From contig JBCCQY010000106.1 of assembly GCA_039208735.1 (NCBI GenBank), forward strand, positions 1 to 31,664: a stretch of 31,664 nt of DNA. The letters run 5' to 3'. Below are positions 1 to 9,502 of the stretch, in pieces. A model generated the notes under the pieces. It ran no database searches and was not told the origin of the DNA. It saw only the letters and a program-made list of their open reading frames with translations. The stretch comes from Myxococcota bacterium (GTDB lineage: Bacteria > Myxococcota_A > UBA796 > GCA-2862545). How positions within the stretch are numbered: position 1 is the first letter of the stretch; every line of letters starts with the position of its first letter. A program made the translations under genes and the position numbers.

Positions 1-246
1 CGCCGGGCTCGCCAAGGGCACGACAACGCCGTTCAGAACCTCGTGGTGTTTGGCATCTTGGTGCTTGCAGCACAAGGGTTGGACCAGGGGGGCGACCCGA
101 TGTTGGTGCTCGCTGCACAAGTCTACTTCTGGGCTCGGGCCTTACACTTTCCCGCGATTGCGCTTGGCGTGCCGTTCGTGCGGACGGTGGCCTTCTTGAC
201 GGGATTTGTGGCCCAGATCATGGCGGCGGTCGTCATCTTTTCCTGA
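1..246 (+). CDS. MAPEG family membrane protein (5'-truncated by window edge)
   Basis: Frame 1 is open from base 1: RRARQGHDNAVQNLVVF...AAQVYFWARALH...GVPFVRTVAF. This matches the MAPEG pattern RAxxxHxNxxEN...YxxARxxH, with hydrophobic helices. Confidence 0.8.
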   Translation, partial: RRARQGHDNAVQNLVVFGILVLAAQGLDQGGDPMLVLAAQVYFWARALHFPAIALGVPFVRTVAFLTGFVAQIMAAVVIFS

Positions 247-309
247 GCCAACTTTCGCCACCAGCCCACGGTTGGAATAAGGTTCGCGCGCGGGGAGCGA
301 GAGGTCATC

Positions 310-711
310 GTGCGCGTGCAGTGGCTGGGTTGGATCTGCCTCATTGGGCTGGGCGGGCTGGGCTGCGAAGAAGCGGAAGAGCCCGAGCCCCTTGGTGAAG
401 TGGCCCCTCCTCCGCAGACGTTCCCCAACATCGACACCGGGTTCGTCCCCGACAAGAGCACCGCGTTGCCCACCGGCAACGGCGGCTATGACGACTGCAA
501 GTTCGGCACCGAGGTCGTGTGCTTCTGCCAGAGTTGCGACACGAAGGACCGTCGAGGCACCTTCGATCGCTACCTCAACAGTTGCCTCGAAAAAGGTGAT
601 TTGAGGGACTTCGTACTCTGCTACACGGACCAGGTGGAGCCCTACGGCAACGGTCAGTACGGCATCGATTGTCCCTCGGCCTGGAAGTCGTGTCGCGACC
701 TACTCCCTTAG
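310..711 (+). CDS. Hypothetical Cys-rich lipoprotein
   Basis: GAGG RBS before GTG; signal peptide ending LGGLG-C; acidic/Pro linker followed by 8 Cys. Confidence 0.65.
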   Translation: MRVQWLGWICLIGLGGLGCEEAEEPEPLGEVAPPPQTFPNIDTGFVPDKSTALPTGNGGYDDCKFGTEVVCFCQSCDTKDRRGTFDRYLNSCLEKGDLRDFVLCYTDQVEPYGNGQYGIDCPSAWKSCRDLLP

Positions 712-1793
712 GGATGAAGGACGCATCCTCCCACGTGCTGGCTTGACCACTTGGCTCGCAGGGCGTCGTTGAAGTCTCCCAAAGCGTAGCCGGGCCCCGC
801 GTGGGGGCGGAGTGTCCCGTTGCGGACCTGATCCCAAATCCAGGCGAGCCGATGTGGCCGAAGGGATGGGTCGTGCAGGGTGGCGATGACCGCCGGACAG
901 CCAAGCACGTCGATGCCCTTCATTTGAACCAGGTTTGTGGGAAGCTGATTGGCATTGGGGGCGCCACGCTGGCCTTTGCCACGAGCCACGAACGGGGTGG
1001 CCGCCCAGCCCACGATGCAGAACCGTCCGCCGAACCGAAGGGCGCGCAGGGCGTGGATCGAGATCGGGCCTCCCACACCATCCCAGACCACATCTGCGCC
1101 TTGCCCACCGGTGATGTCGCGCACGGCATCACGCAACCATCGTTCGCCTTCGCCTGGCGTCAGCACATGGTCGGCGCCGAGTTCGGCGACTCGATCGAGC
1201 TTGGTCTGCGTCCGTCCGACCGCGATCACGGTTGCGCCGAGTTGCTTGGCGAGTCGCACTCCGGCCAGGCCCGTCGAGCCCGAAGCGCCCAACACGATCA
1301 CGGTTTCGCCGGGCTGCAGTTGCCCCCGCGCCCTCAGCACATGGTAGGCCGTTTCGTAGTTTCCCAGAAGGTTGACCGCTTGATCGAACGACAGGGTGTC
1401 GGGCAAGGGAAAGGCCGCGTCAGCCCGGAGCACGGACCAGGTGGCGAATCCCCCCCAACGCTGATGAGGCCCGTCCGACCGGGGGCCGGTACGAAAGCCA
1501 TCGGCCAGCACGCGGTCTCCAACGCGATGGTCCGTCACGGCAGCCCCGATCGCAGCCACCTCTCCGGCGAACTCAATGCCTGGCGTATAGGGCGGTTGAA
1601 CCTGATGTTGGTACTGGCCGCTCATCATGATGAGGTCGACCCAGCCGACCGCGCAGCTTCGCACCCGCAAGAGGATCTCGTCGGGCTCGAGGGACGTCGG
1701 GCGGGCCATCGTTTGCAGGTTGACGTGGTCTTTGAGGGTCTGGAGAGGGGTTTCGCCCCATTGGCGCACCATCACGCGTTGGCCAGTCGTCAT
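708..1793 (-). CDS. NADPH:quinone oxidoreductase family (MDR/QOR, zinc-free)
   Basis: PYTPGIEFAGEV, GDRV, Rossmann VLGASGSTG, GADVVWDGVGG, GRFCIVGWA. Confidence 0.88.
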   Translation of the reverse strand: MTTGQRVMVRQWGETPLQTLKDHVNLQTMARPTSLEPDEILLRVRSCAVGWVDLIMMSGQYQHQVQPPYTPGIEFAGEVAAIGAAVTDHRVGDRVLADGFRTGPRSDGPHQRWGGFATWSVLRADAAFPLPDTLSFDQAVNLLGNYETAYHVLRARGQLQPGETVIVLGASGSTGLAGVRLAKQLGATVIAVGRTQTKLDRVAELGADHVLTPGEGERWLRDAVRDITGGQGADVVWDGVGGPISIHALRALRFGGRFCIVGWAATPFVARGKGQRGAPNANQLPTNLVQMKGIDVLGCPAVIATLHDPSLRPHRLAWIWDQVRNGTLRPHAGPGYALGDFNDALRAKWSSQHVGGCVLHP

Positions 1794-1814
1794 GAAGGAC
1801 CGCCTATCGCGTCG

Positions 1815-3341
1815 TCATTCGGAATAGGGTGACTCAAATGCATCGTTCGCCAACACCTGAACCGTACGGAGTCCATCCTTTCCCTCCGCGGTCACGCGAA
1901 AGGGGGGCGCCTGGTTGACGACTTCGGAAAGATCGAGGTCTTCGATGGGTTCACCGTCGATCGCAACGACGTAGTCTCCCACCGATAGACCGGCTTCGGC
2001 GGTCGGGCTTTCAGGTTCGATTTCCGAGATTCGCCAGCGCTCTCCATAGAGGTCCCACCCCGCTGGGGGTAACGGTGGCATCACCAATACCACTTCAGAG
2101 GGGAGCACCCCATCCAAGTTCACCGGCACCTTGGAGGACCTCATGGTCCGGCTGCCGAACGTTCGGCTCGCAGAGAACTCGCAGGTCAATCCGTCCTCAT
2201 ACCGAAACAGTTTGAACTCGAACGTGCCATCATCTTCGACAAACGGATGACCGTATACGGACTGGCAGCCCTCCGGCCTGACGTACATCGCTTCGGTGAT
2301 GGGGCCTTCCACACGTCCCGATAGGGTGATGATGGGGCTGGGAGTCAATTCGACGAACTCGAGGCAAGCGCCTGCACCCCAGGCAATGGGCAACGTCTCG
2401 AAACGGTACGTGATGAGCCAGCCAAGCCCGAGCGGATGACGAGGCTGAAACGTAAGCCAGTTGTCGACGGGGATCGCTTTCAAGGGGCCGAGATGCCTCT
2501 CGGTTTCGGGATGAAGTTCGAGGATCTTGGCGTTTGTCGTTAGTTGATGCGACAGCTCACATTGGACGTCGGGCGTCTCGGGCATGCCGATGTAGGTGGG
2601 AACGGGTTCGTCGGGGACCACTGGCGACGCCGCCTGCACCATCGGAGGGGTTGCGACCGGGTCGTCAACGCGATTCACGGCGTCACTCGTACCGGCGAGC
2701 AGACCGATGACGAAAAGCCCAAATGCAATCAAGGTCAACGCCACCGGAGTGGCGGCTCGTGCGGTTGAAGCGCTTCCCCCCATAATGGCAAGGGCGATGG
2801 CACCCGCGGGTCGCGACGGTTTTACCCAGGACCGCAGTTGGTCCTGGTAGGCGATGGACAGCGCCTCTCGTGCCCGAGAAAGCCGTTTACGGACCGCGCC
2901 GTCGGTGAGGCCGAACTCCTCAGCAATCGTTCGAGACGATGCATCGTCGAGATGAAAGCGGATGAGCAATGCCCGCTGCTCCTCCGACAACTGTGCCAAG
3001 GCCTCTCCCATCGCGACGTGGGGAGTCGTCTCGGGGGGAGGACGGACGCCTGCCGCGTGGACCGCGGCATCCTGATGCAGTCGCCGTCGTCGTTCTTGGC
3101 GTCGTTTGAGGTCGATCGATTGGCGCTTGGCCACTTGGCGCAGCCAGGCGCGGGTCTGGCGTGCCTCCCTGATGGTGTGGCGGCGCTGCCAGAGGGTGAC
3201 GAAGACCTCTTGGACCGCCTCATCGGCAAGGTCCCGGTCACCTAGGATCGCTAAGCAAATCGTCCAAACGAGCTGATGGTGTGCTTCGACGAGCGAGGCA
3301 AAGGCGGGCTCGGCATCGCGGCGGGGAGCGGGCAACATCAT
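1815..3341 (-). CDS. ECF sigma-70 factor with TM helix and C-terminal extension ending in a PDZ domain
   Basis: Region 2 AFASLVEAHHQLVW...LADEAVQEVF...AWLRQVAKRQSID; region 4 LSEEQR...IAEEFGLTDGAVRKRLSRAREAL; TM VALTLIAFGLFVIGLLAG; PDZ ISEIEPESPTAEAGLSVGDYVVAIDG. Start moved to ATG 3341/3338, downstream of GAGGAGG (3344-3350). Confidence 0.85.
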   Translation of the reverse strand: MMLPAPRRDAEPAFASLVEAHHQLVWTICLAILGDRDLADEAVQEVFVTLWQRRHTIREARQTRAWLRQVAKRQSIDLKRRQERRRRLHQDAAVHAAGVRPPPETTPHVAMGEALAQLSEEQRALLIRFHLDDASSRTIAEEFGLTDGAVRKRLSRAREALSIAYQDQLRSWVKPSRPAGAIALAIMGGSASTARAATPVALTLIAFGLFVIGLLAGTSDAVNRVDDPVATPPMVQAASPVVPDEPVPTYIGMPETPDVQCELSHQLTTNAKILELHPETERHLGPLKAIPVDNWLTFQPRHPLGLGWLITYRFETLPIAWGAGACLEFVELTPSPIITLSGRVEGPITEAMYVRPEGCQSVYGHPFVEDDGTFEFKLFRYEDGLTCEFSASRTFGSRTMRSSKVPVNLDGVLPSEVVLVMPPLPPAGWDLYGERWRISEIEPESPTAEAGLSVGDYVVAIDGEPIEDLDLSEVVNQAPPFRVTAEGKDGLRTVQVLANDAFESPYSE

Positions 3342-3358
3342 GACCTCCTCGCCCCCCC

Positions 3359-3385
3359 GACGCCTGTCGGGGCTCGGATGTGACA
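3359..3385 (-). promoter_or_regulatory. Candidate ECF-type promoter TGTCACA-N16-CGTC upstream of the ECF gene
   Basis: Minus strand reads TGTCACA tccgagccccgacagg CGTC immediately before the RBS; identical to the ECF41-type consensus as I recall it. Confidence 0.6.
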
Positions 3386-3396
3386 GCACGTAGCGT

Positions 3397-3436
3397 GGTG
3401 CGCGCATACCGCGCATGTCGCGCATGCCGCGCACCA
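3397..3436. repeat. 4 x 9-bp tandem repeat (CGCGCAYNN) with flanking inverted repeat
   Basis: cgcgcatac/cgcgcatgt/cgcgcatgc/cgcgcacca at 3401-3436; tggtgcgcg (3397-3405) is the reverse complement of cgcgcacca (3428-3436). Confidence 0.65.
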
Positions 3437-3516
3437 TCGAAGCCCATCACCACGGGATCGTGACTTGGCCCCGAGCTTGCTCTGACCTCAAGAGCCTCGC
3501 ATGACAAGGAGCCTGC

Positions 3517-5913
3517 ATGTTCCCGTTTCGTACGTTTGCCATCCCGGCTGCGCTGTGGCTCGGGGTGGGCTGTCAGTCCGCCTCCGATCCCCAAGCGAGT
3601 TTCGAAGTCGACGCGTCCATCGCTCCCCGGGTCGCCATGATCGATGGTGTCAACCCGGGGGAGACCCCCCGACCGGTGGGATCGATCCTCACGGAAGATG
3701 GGGTCCAAAGTGACTTCGTTCAGGACGAAATCTCCATTGTGGCTGCGTCTGCGGCCGAAATCCAGCCCCTCCTTGAACGGTACAACGGCACGATCGTGGG
3801 GCAGGTCGAAATCCGGTCTCAGGGATTGTTTAGTTTCCTGGTCCGTATCGACCCCAGTATTCCGGATCCCAGCACCGTCGCTCAGGACTTGGCCTCGACC
3901 AATCCCGACGAACAGCGCAGCTTTGCCGTCGATAGTGACGACAGCCTGGGCCTGCTTGCGGCGGTCGCCCACGAAGCCCGCGAGTTCGGCAACGCCGTTG
4001 ATGTAAACTGGATTCTCGAAGATGCCGATATCGCGAGTGGTTCAACCGCCGAGGCTCCGTCGGGCACGGGCAGTTGGGACGAAGACGCGTTTACCTGGAC
4101 CTACTTTGAAGATGGCGGTAACCAGGACTTTGGCGTCACCGCGGCCTGGGAGCTGTTGCTCGCGGCAGGTCGACTCGACGCGGATGTGCCGATCCTTGTG
4201 GTTGACAACGGGTTCATCGAAAACGATGACTATCCCTTGGATAGCGTGGTTTCCAACCTCAGCGACTGGGATGCGCCAAACAGCGGTGCGTCGACCCACG
4301 GAGCCCACGTGGTGGTCGCGGCCATGGGACGGTTGGACAATGGCTACGGTGCGGCGGGCCCGGCGGCCCCGGTGGGCAGCCTCATCGCCACCCAGCGAGG
4401 GGGCGACGTCTGGTCGACCACCCAACGCATGCGCACAGCGATCGACACCTTCGAGCCACGTATTGCGACGATGAGCCATACCTTCAGCGTGGCTGTCGAC
4501 TGGGTGCCGTTCGGACCGGGCTTCTTGCCCGAACTCGATGCCAGCACGGCGTTGTACTACGACTTCGCCGCCGAAGGCATCGCGATGTTCGGGGCGGCGG
4601 GTAACGATTCGGCTGAGCTATCGAGCGCGTTTGGCACCACCTCGTGGCGTGCTCCGTGCCAGGTTGGCGTGGTGATGTGCGTGGGCGGGCTTGGCTGGAA
4701 CAGCACCAATCGCGCGGGCGGGTCAAACTTCTCGGACGTACCCGATAGAAATCTGGTTGAGTTGTGGGGACCGTTCACGGTGTGGTCGGTGGCAGATGCG
4801 ACTCAGCCCAACTTGAACCAAGCCGACACCGTGAGTGGGACGAGCTTTGCCACGCCGTTTGTGGCCGGCGTCGCGGCCCTCGTGATGGCGGCCGATCCCG
4901 CGTTGAGCAGCGATGCGGTGCGGAGTCTGTTGACTGAAACCGCACAGCCCGCGGGGGCCGGTGCCGATCCGCGAGTGGATGCGCAAGCTGCGGTGGCGTT
5001 TGCCCTCGATCTACCCACGGTGGAGATTCTGGAGCCGAACGATGGGTTGAGCGTGCCCTTGGGGACCGAAATCGTATTTGAGGCGCGCGCCGAAGGGCAG
5101 GCCGACGTCGATTACCAGGTGGTTTGGGACCTGGCGGGGGAACTCGAGCTGACCAATGAAGGGGGCTTTGGCACCCACACGTTGTTCTATGACGAGCTTC
5201 CGCCAGGGACGCACACCATTACCGCCAGCGTTCAGGAGAATGGAACCACAGTGTCGGACTCCATCGAAGTGACCATCGAATACGACGGATTCGACCTGTT
5301 CATCTTGAGCCCCAACAACAATGCCGTCGCATTCTCGAACGAAGTGTTGCCGTTGGTTGGTCATAGTTCGGCCAATCCGTTCATGTTGCCCGACAGTAAT
5401 GTGGTTTGGCGCATGGTCCGGGACGGGGTTTCGGTGTTTACCGATACGGGCCACACTACCGAGGTACCGGCGCACATTGTGGACGAAGGCACCTACCTCA
5501 TCGAGTTCTCGGGCAGCGATGACGTCACTGCATTCACCCGTGACATCGTCCTCAACGTCATCGACAAGCCCGACAACTTCCCCACCGCCACCATTACCCT
5601 TCCGAACAACGGCAACTCGTGGATTGGCCCTGAAATCGTAGAATTCCAGGGCTTTGCTTCGGATCCGGACGACGGCGTGGTGGGCAGTGAGCGACTCCGG
5701 TGGACCGCCATTTGGAGCGGGGGCCAAATTGACCTGTGTACGGGCTTTGCGTGGCCGGGTGGGTCGGGAACCTGTGGGTTTTTCGAAGCCGAACTGCGGG
5801 ATCTCGCGGCCGGTGGCACGACCTACACCATCCTGATGGAAGCGATGGACGACGATGGCAACGTCGACACCGATCAGGTCGGGGTCACGATCGACTTTGC
5901 GCCGGTGCCGTAA
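3517..5913 (+). CDS. S8 (subtilisin-family) serine peptidase lipoprotein with C-terminal Ig-like beta domains
   Basis: AAGGAG RBS; lipobox LGVG-C; catalytic triad VVDNG / HGAHV / SGTSFATPFVAG; oxyanion AAGND; three C-terminal 'I..P.N' Big/PKD-like repeats. Confidence 0.9.
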   Translation: MFPFRTFAIPAALWLGVGCQSASDPQASFEVDASIAPRVAMIDGVNPGETPRPVGSILTEDGVQSDFVQDEISIVAASAAEIQPLLERYNGTIVGQVEIRSQGLFSFLVRIDPSIPDPSTVAQDLASTNPDEQRSFAVDSDDSLGLLAAVAHEAREFGNAVDVNWILEDADIASGSTAEAPSGTGSWDEDAFTWTYFEDGGNQDFGVTAAWELLLAAGRLDADVPILVVDNGFIENDDYPLDSVVSNLSDWDAPNSGASTHGAHVVVAAMGRLDNGYGAAGPAAPVGSLIATQRGGDVWSTTQRMRTAIDTFEPRIATMSHTFSVAVDWVPFGPGFLPELDASTALYYDFAAEGIAMFGAAGNDSAELSSAFGTTSWRAPCQVGVVMCVGGLGWNSTNRAGGSNFSDVPDRNLVELWGPFTVWSVADATQPNLNQADTVSGTSFATPFVAGVAALVMAADPALSSDAVRSLLTETAQPAGAGADPRVDAQAAVAFALDLPTVEILEPNDGLSVPLGTEIVFEARAEGQADVDYQVVWDLAGELELTNEGGFGTHTLFYDELPPGTHTITASVQENGTTVSDSIEVTIEYDGFDLFILSPNNNAVAFSNEVLPLVGHSSANPFMLPDSNVVWRMVRDGVSVFTDTGHTTEVPAHIVDEGTYLIEFSGSDDVTAFTRDIVLNVIDKPDNFPTATITLPNNGNSWIGPEIVEFQGFASDPDDGVVGSERLRWTAIWSGGQIDLCTGFAWPGGSGTCGFFEAELRDLAAGGTTYTILMEAMDDDGNVDTDQVGVTIDFAPVP

Positions 5914-8900
5914 GCACTTCGTGCAGGCGGCGTGCCCGGGTCTCCATGCCCAACTTCCGAAGCCGCTCGATGGCGGCTTGTACCGCATCGGGACTTGAGG
6001 AAGGGCCGCCACGCTCTCGTTCGATGAGGGCGCGAAGCCCGCTCGCGTGGGCCCGGAGTCCCCGGAGCGCGTGGGGACTGGTGGCCAACAGGGTATTGAG
6101 GGTGGTTGCCGCGTTGTCGAGGTCACCCCGGTCCCATTCCAGATCCGCACGACGCATCGCCACGTAAGCAGCAAGCCAGCGGTCACTGGATGAGGTGGCC
6201 AGCGCCTCCGCTTGGGCGAAGTGCTCCTGTGCGGCGACTTGATTTCCCTCCGACGACCATGCGCGAGCGGCCTCCACATGGGCCCACGCACTCAACATGG
6301 GCAACTTCGTGCCTTCCCCGACCGCTTGAAGGGCTTTCGCCTTGGCCTGGTCGGGTTCGCCAAGCGTGTGGTGGGCATTGGATTCGATGATGGATGCAAA
6401 CACCCGAACGGGACGTTGCATGGGCCCCAGGGCTTCGATGGCCGGGCGCGTGGCCTCTACGCGAGCAAGGGCCTCGTGAGGACGGTCGCGTTCCAGATCA
6501 AGCTGAGCGAGGTTCAGCTCGGCCATGGGGTGCTGCCATGGCTTGCCTGCTGCGGCCAACAAGTCGAGCGACTTCGTGAAGGCCTCGACGGCCGCGTTGA
6601 CCTCGCCCATCTGCCAGCGGACCTCGGCGAGGTTGAGGACCACGAACGACACCCCCTCTTGGTAGTGGATCTCCTCGGCGATGGTCAGCGCCATCTCGAG
6701 TTGTTCGCGGGCCGACAGGTAGTCGCCCTGCTGCATGTCCAAGCGCGCCAGTGCAGTTCGCGTCACGTTCTCCCGTCGGCGCATGCCCAATCGCCGGTAC
6801 ACCTTGAGGGCTGCTTCGACGTGCGTCCGCGCCGCCGACGGCTCTTCGGTCGTTTCGCCGAGTGACCGGTAGGCTTCGGCCAACGCGATGGGCATGCCCT
6901 GGCCGGCTTCGATCGCTTGTTCAAGCTGCCGCTGAGCCCGGGCTTGTTCGTCCACGACGATGCTCAAGCGACCCAAGCTGACCAGTGCAAGCACGGTCAT
7001 CTCACGGTGCTGAGTCAGTCGTCCCACGCTCAACGCGTAGCCGAGCAGGCCCCGAGCCGCGGTGTCGTGTTCGATGAGCAGGCGACCCAGCATGAGGGCT
7101 GACCACCCCTCCATCCCTGGATCACCCAGCACATAGGCTAGGTCTCGCGCCTCTTCGCACCGAAGCCGTCCTTCTTCCTTGCGGCCGAGGTGGGTGAGGA
7201 TGAGGCCCAGGGTCAGGCGAGCGAGAACGTTCTCTCGAGCGTCCGATCCGATGCGGACCGCGTCTTCTGCCCAGCCCAACGCCCGGGGGTCGTCGGTGCG
7301 GTGGGCCAATCGCGCGGCGGTCTCGAGGAGCGCGGCATGGCCGTCGGCAAGCGTGAGCACCCGCTCGACCAAATCGAGTCCACGCCGGGCCGGTCCTCGG
7401 TCGTGCAACACGCGTCCGGCGGCCACCGCACAACCTGCCGCCGCCGTGAGATCGTCGAACTCGATGCCCGCGTCGATGCCGGCGATGAAATTCTCGAGAT
7501 CGGCGGCTTGGCGTTCGCGGAGTGGATCTTGAGGAGGCGTCAGGCCATTTACGGCGCTGCCCACGCGGGCGAACCAACGCGCGTGCCGAAGTGCGAGGGG
7601 TTTGGGATCATTCAACTGCTTTGATGCAAACTGCCGAACCGACTCAAAAAGGCGGAATCGCGGTTGGCGAAACGTGGGCTGTCGAACCATCAACATCGAT
7701 CGGTTCAACAGCCGCTCGACGAGGTCGGTGACCCACGTGCCTTCGGGCGTGCGCTGGACGATGCGTTCGGCATCTTCGATGGTGAACCCACCCCGAAACA
7801 CCGACAGCTGCCCCAACCCCCGCTGCTCCTCCGTCGAAAGCTGGGCCCAGGACGTTCGCACGACGCGTTCGAGAGGATCGGGAGGCCCATCGGCCATCCT
7901 CGCCATCACCTCATCGGGCGTGTGGGTACCTGCATGGGTCGCGGCAAGTTCGAGAGCCAGCGGCAGGCCGTCGAGTTGCTCGGCGAGCTCGACGAGCTTG
8001 ATTTCCGCGGCGGCGTCCGTCCAGGCCTCATTCGCGCCGGCTCGAAGGGCGCGATCGCGCAGTAGGCCCACCGCCTCTGCGGTCGCAAGGGGTTCGAGCC
8101 GCATCCGTCGGGCCCCTTCGAGTTGCAGCGTCGATCGGGAGGCCACCACAAAACGCGCCTCTTGGGCGATCGCTTGCCAGACCCAAAGCACCTCTCGAAC
8201 CGCGTCGAGTGCTTCGTCGGCGTGATCCAGCACGACCAGCGTGGATCCGAGGGCACGGAGCTGATGGCCGATTTGGCTGACCACACTCGCCTTCGACCCA
8301 GGGCCCAGGGGCAATCCCAACGTCGTCGCCATGGCCACGCAAACCGCAGGCACCTCCTGGACGGCTTCAAGGTCGCACACCCAGGTCCCGCCGGAGTACT
8401 GCCGGGCCGTCCGTGCCGCGTGGTGGAGCACCAGCTTCGATTTACCCACCCCGCCTGGACCCTGCACTGCGACCACCATCGCACCCTGAAGCGCATCATC
8501 GAGGCGCTCGAGGTCAGCGCGTCGGCCTACCACGGGTTCGCGGCCTGATGACCGGGAGGGACGGCGCTGGCTCGACGAAACGAGCGCCTCCGATTCAGCT
8601 TCCGGTTCCTCGGTCGCCCACTCCACCAATGAGGAGCCGGTGGCCGGAAGCTCGGCCAACGCTTCGCCAAGGGCGATACACGTGGCGAATCGGTCGTCGG
8701 GGGTGGGCTGCAGACACCGCTCCACCACCGCTCCCAGTCCCCCGAAGGCCTCGTCGATGCGTTGTTGCAGGTCGCCTTGCGCAAGCGCTTCGTAGAGTCG
8801 CTCGTGGCGACGGAGGACGTCGTCGCCGGGTTCGGACCTCACCAGGCGCTGTCCAAGCGTCATCTCCGCGAGCAGAACGCCCAGAGCGAACTGATCTGTG

Positions 8901-9502
8901 CGGGGGTCGACCGGGCCGTGGGCTTCGACCTGTTCGGGGGCCATGTAGCCGGGCGTTCCTCCCGACTCATCGGGGGCGGTTCCGGCGAGCACCGCGAGTC
9001 CCAGATCGGCGAGCTTCACCACGGCACCGGGGGTCAACAGCACGTTGCTCGGCTTGAGATCGCGATGCACGATGGGATGCGGCCGTCCCTCAACCTCGAG
9101 TTCGTGAGCGTGGGACAGGGCACTGGTGAGCTGGGCTCCCACCTGTTGGACGGCGCGACCGGGCATCGCGCCGCGGCGTTGAAGGAGCGACAGTAAGGTC
9201 GACCCTTGGACCCACTCCATGGCGATCAGCCACCAGGGCGCTTCGTAGGCCAGATCGTAGACTTCCACAAGGTTGGGGTGGTCGAGCAGTGCGCCAAGGC
9301 GGGCCTCCGAGACCAGTTTGCTCGATGGCCCACCAGGGATCAATTTGACGGCCAACCGTTTCCGAAAACCGGCTGGACCATGGAGGGTGGCCCGGTAGAC
9401 GACGCCCATTGCGCCGCTTCCCACTTGTTCCTCCAAGGTGTACCGACCAAGTGAGGTGGGCAACGACGCAGGCGGGGTCGCGGCGGGCGAAAAGTTCGAC
9501 AT
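5885..9502 (-). CDS. Ser/Thr protein kinase fused to a STAND-type ATPase and TPR repeats
   Basis: Kinase GSGAMGVVY, AVK, HRDLKPSN, DLG, GTPGYMAPEQ; Walker A GPGGVGKS; Walker B VVLD; LDGLPLALELAA; LSVFRGGF; RFRLFESVRQFA; helical TPR-like C-terminus. Confidence 0.9.
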   Translation of the reverse strand: MSNFSPAATPPASLPTSLGRYTLEEQVGSGAMGVVYRATLHGPAGFRKRLAVKLIPGGPSSKLVSEARLGALLDHPNLVEVYDLAYEAPWWLIAMEWVQGSTLLSLLQRRGAMPGRAVQQVGAQLTSALSHAHELEVEGRPHPIVHRDLKPSNVLLTPGAVVKLADLGLAVLAGTAPDESGGTPGYMAPEQVEAHGPVDPRTDQFALGVLLAEMTLGQRLVRSEPGDDVLRRHERLYEALAQGDLQQRIDEAFGGLGAVVERCLQPTPDDRFATCIALGEALAELPATGSSLVEWATEEPEAESEALVSSSQRRPSRSSGREPVVGRRADLERLDDALQGAMVVAVQGPGGVGKSKLVLHHAARTARQYSGGTWVCDLEAVQEVPAVCVAMATTLGLPLGPGSKASVVSQIGHQLRALGSTLVVLDHADEALDAVREVLWVWQAIAQEARFVVASRSTLQLEGARRMRLEPLATAEAVGLLRDRALRAGANEAWTDAAAEIKLVELAEQLDGLPLALELAATHAGTHTPDEVMARMADGPPDPLERVVRTSWAQLSTEEQRGLGQLSVFRGGFTIEDAERIVQRTPEGTWVTDLVERLLNRSMLMVRQPTFRQPRFRLFESVRQFASKQLNDPKPLALRHARWFARVGSAVNGLTPPQDPLRERQAADLENFIAGIDAGIEFDDLTAAAGCAVAAGRVLHDRGPARRGLDLVERVLTLADGHAALLETAARLAHRTDDPRALGWAEDAVRIGSDARENVLARLTLGLILTHLGRKEEGRLRCEEARDLAYVLGDPGMEGWSALMLGRLLIEHDTAARGLLGYALSVGRLTQHREMTVLALVSLGRLSIVVDEQARAQRQLEQAIEAGQGMPIALAEAYRSLGETTEEPSAARTHVEAALKVYRRLGMRRRENVTRTALARLDMQQGDYLSAREQLEMALTIAEEIHYQEGVSFVVLNLAEVRWQMGEVNAAVEAFTKSLDLLAAAGKPWQHPMAELNLAQLDLERDRPHEALARVEATRPAIEALGPMQRPVRVFASIIESNAHHTLGEPDQAKAKALQAVGEGTKLPMLSAWAHVEAARAWSSEGNQVAAQEHFAQAEALATSSSDRWLAAYVAMRRADLEWDRGDLDNAATTLNTLLATSPHALRGLRAHASGLRALIERERGGPSSSPDAVQAAIERLRKLGMETRARRLHEVLTAPAQSRS

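Noticed and set aside
801..1832. Long antisense ORFs (also 5011-6291, 20010-21173, 23361-24722, 26121-27245, 27023-28018, 29054-30202)
   Set aside because: They shadow well-supported genes, have no motifs, and are expected in high-GC DNA.
3342..3437. N-terminal extensions in the ORF track (also 9438-9650, 10455-10670, 13697-14122, 19477-19836, 26379-26522)
   Set aside because: Downstream starts have clear RBSs and coincide with domain or signal-peptide starts; the extensions overlap other genes or promoters.
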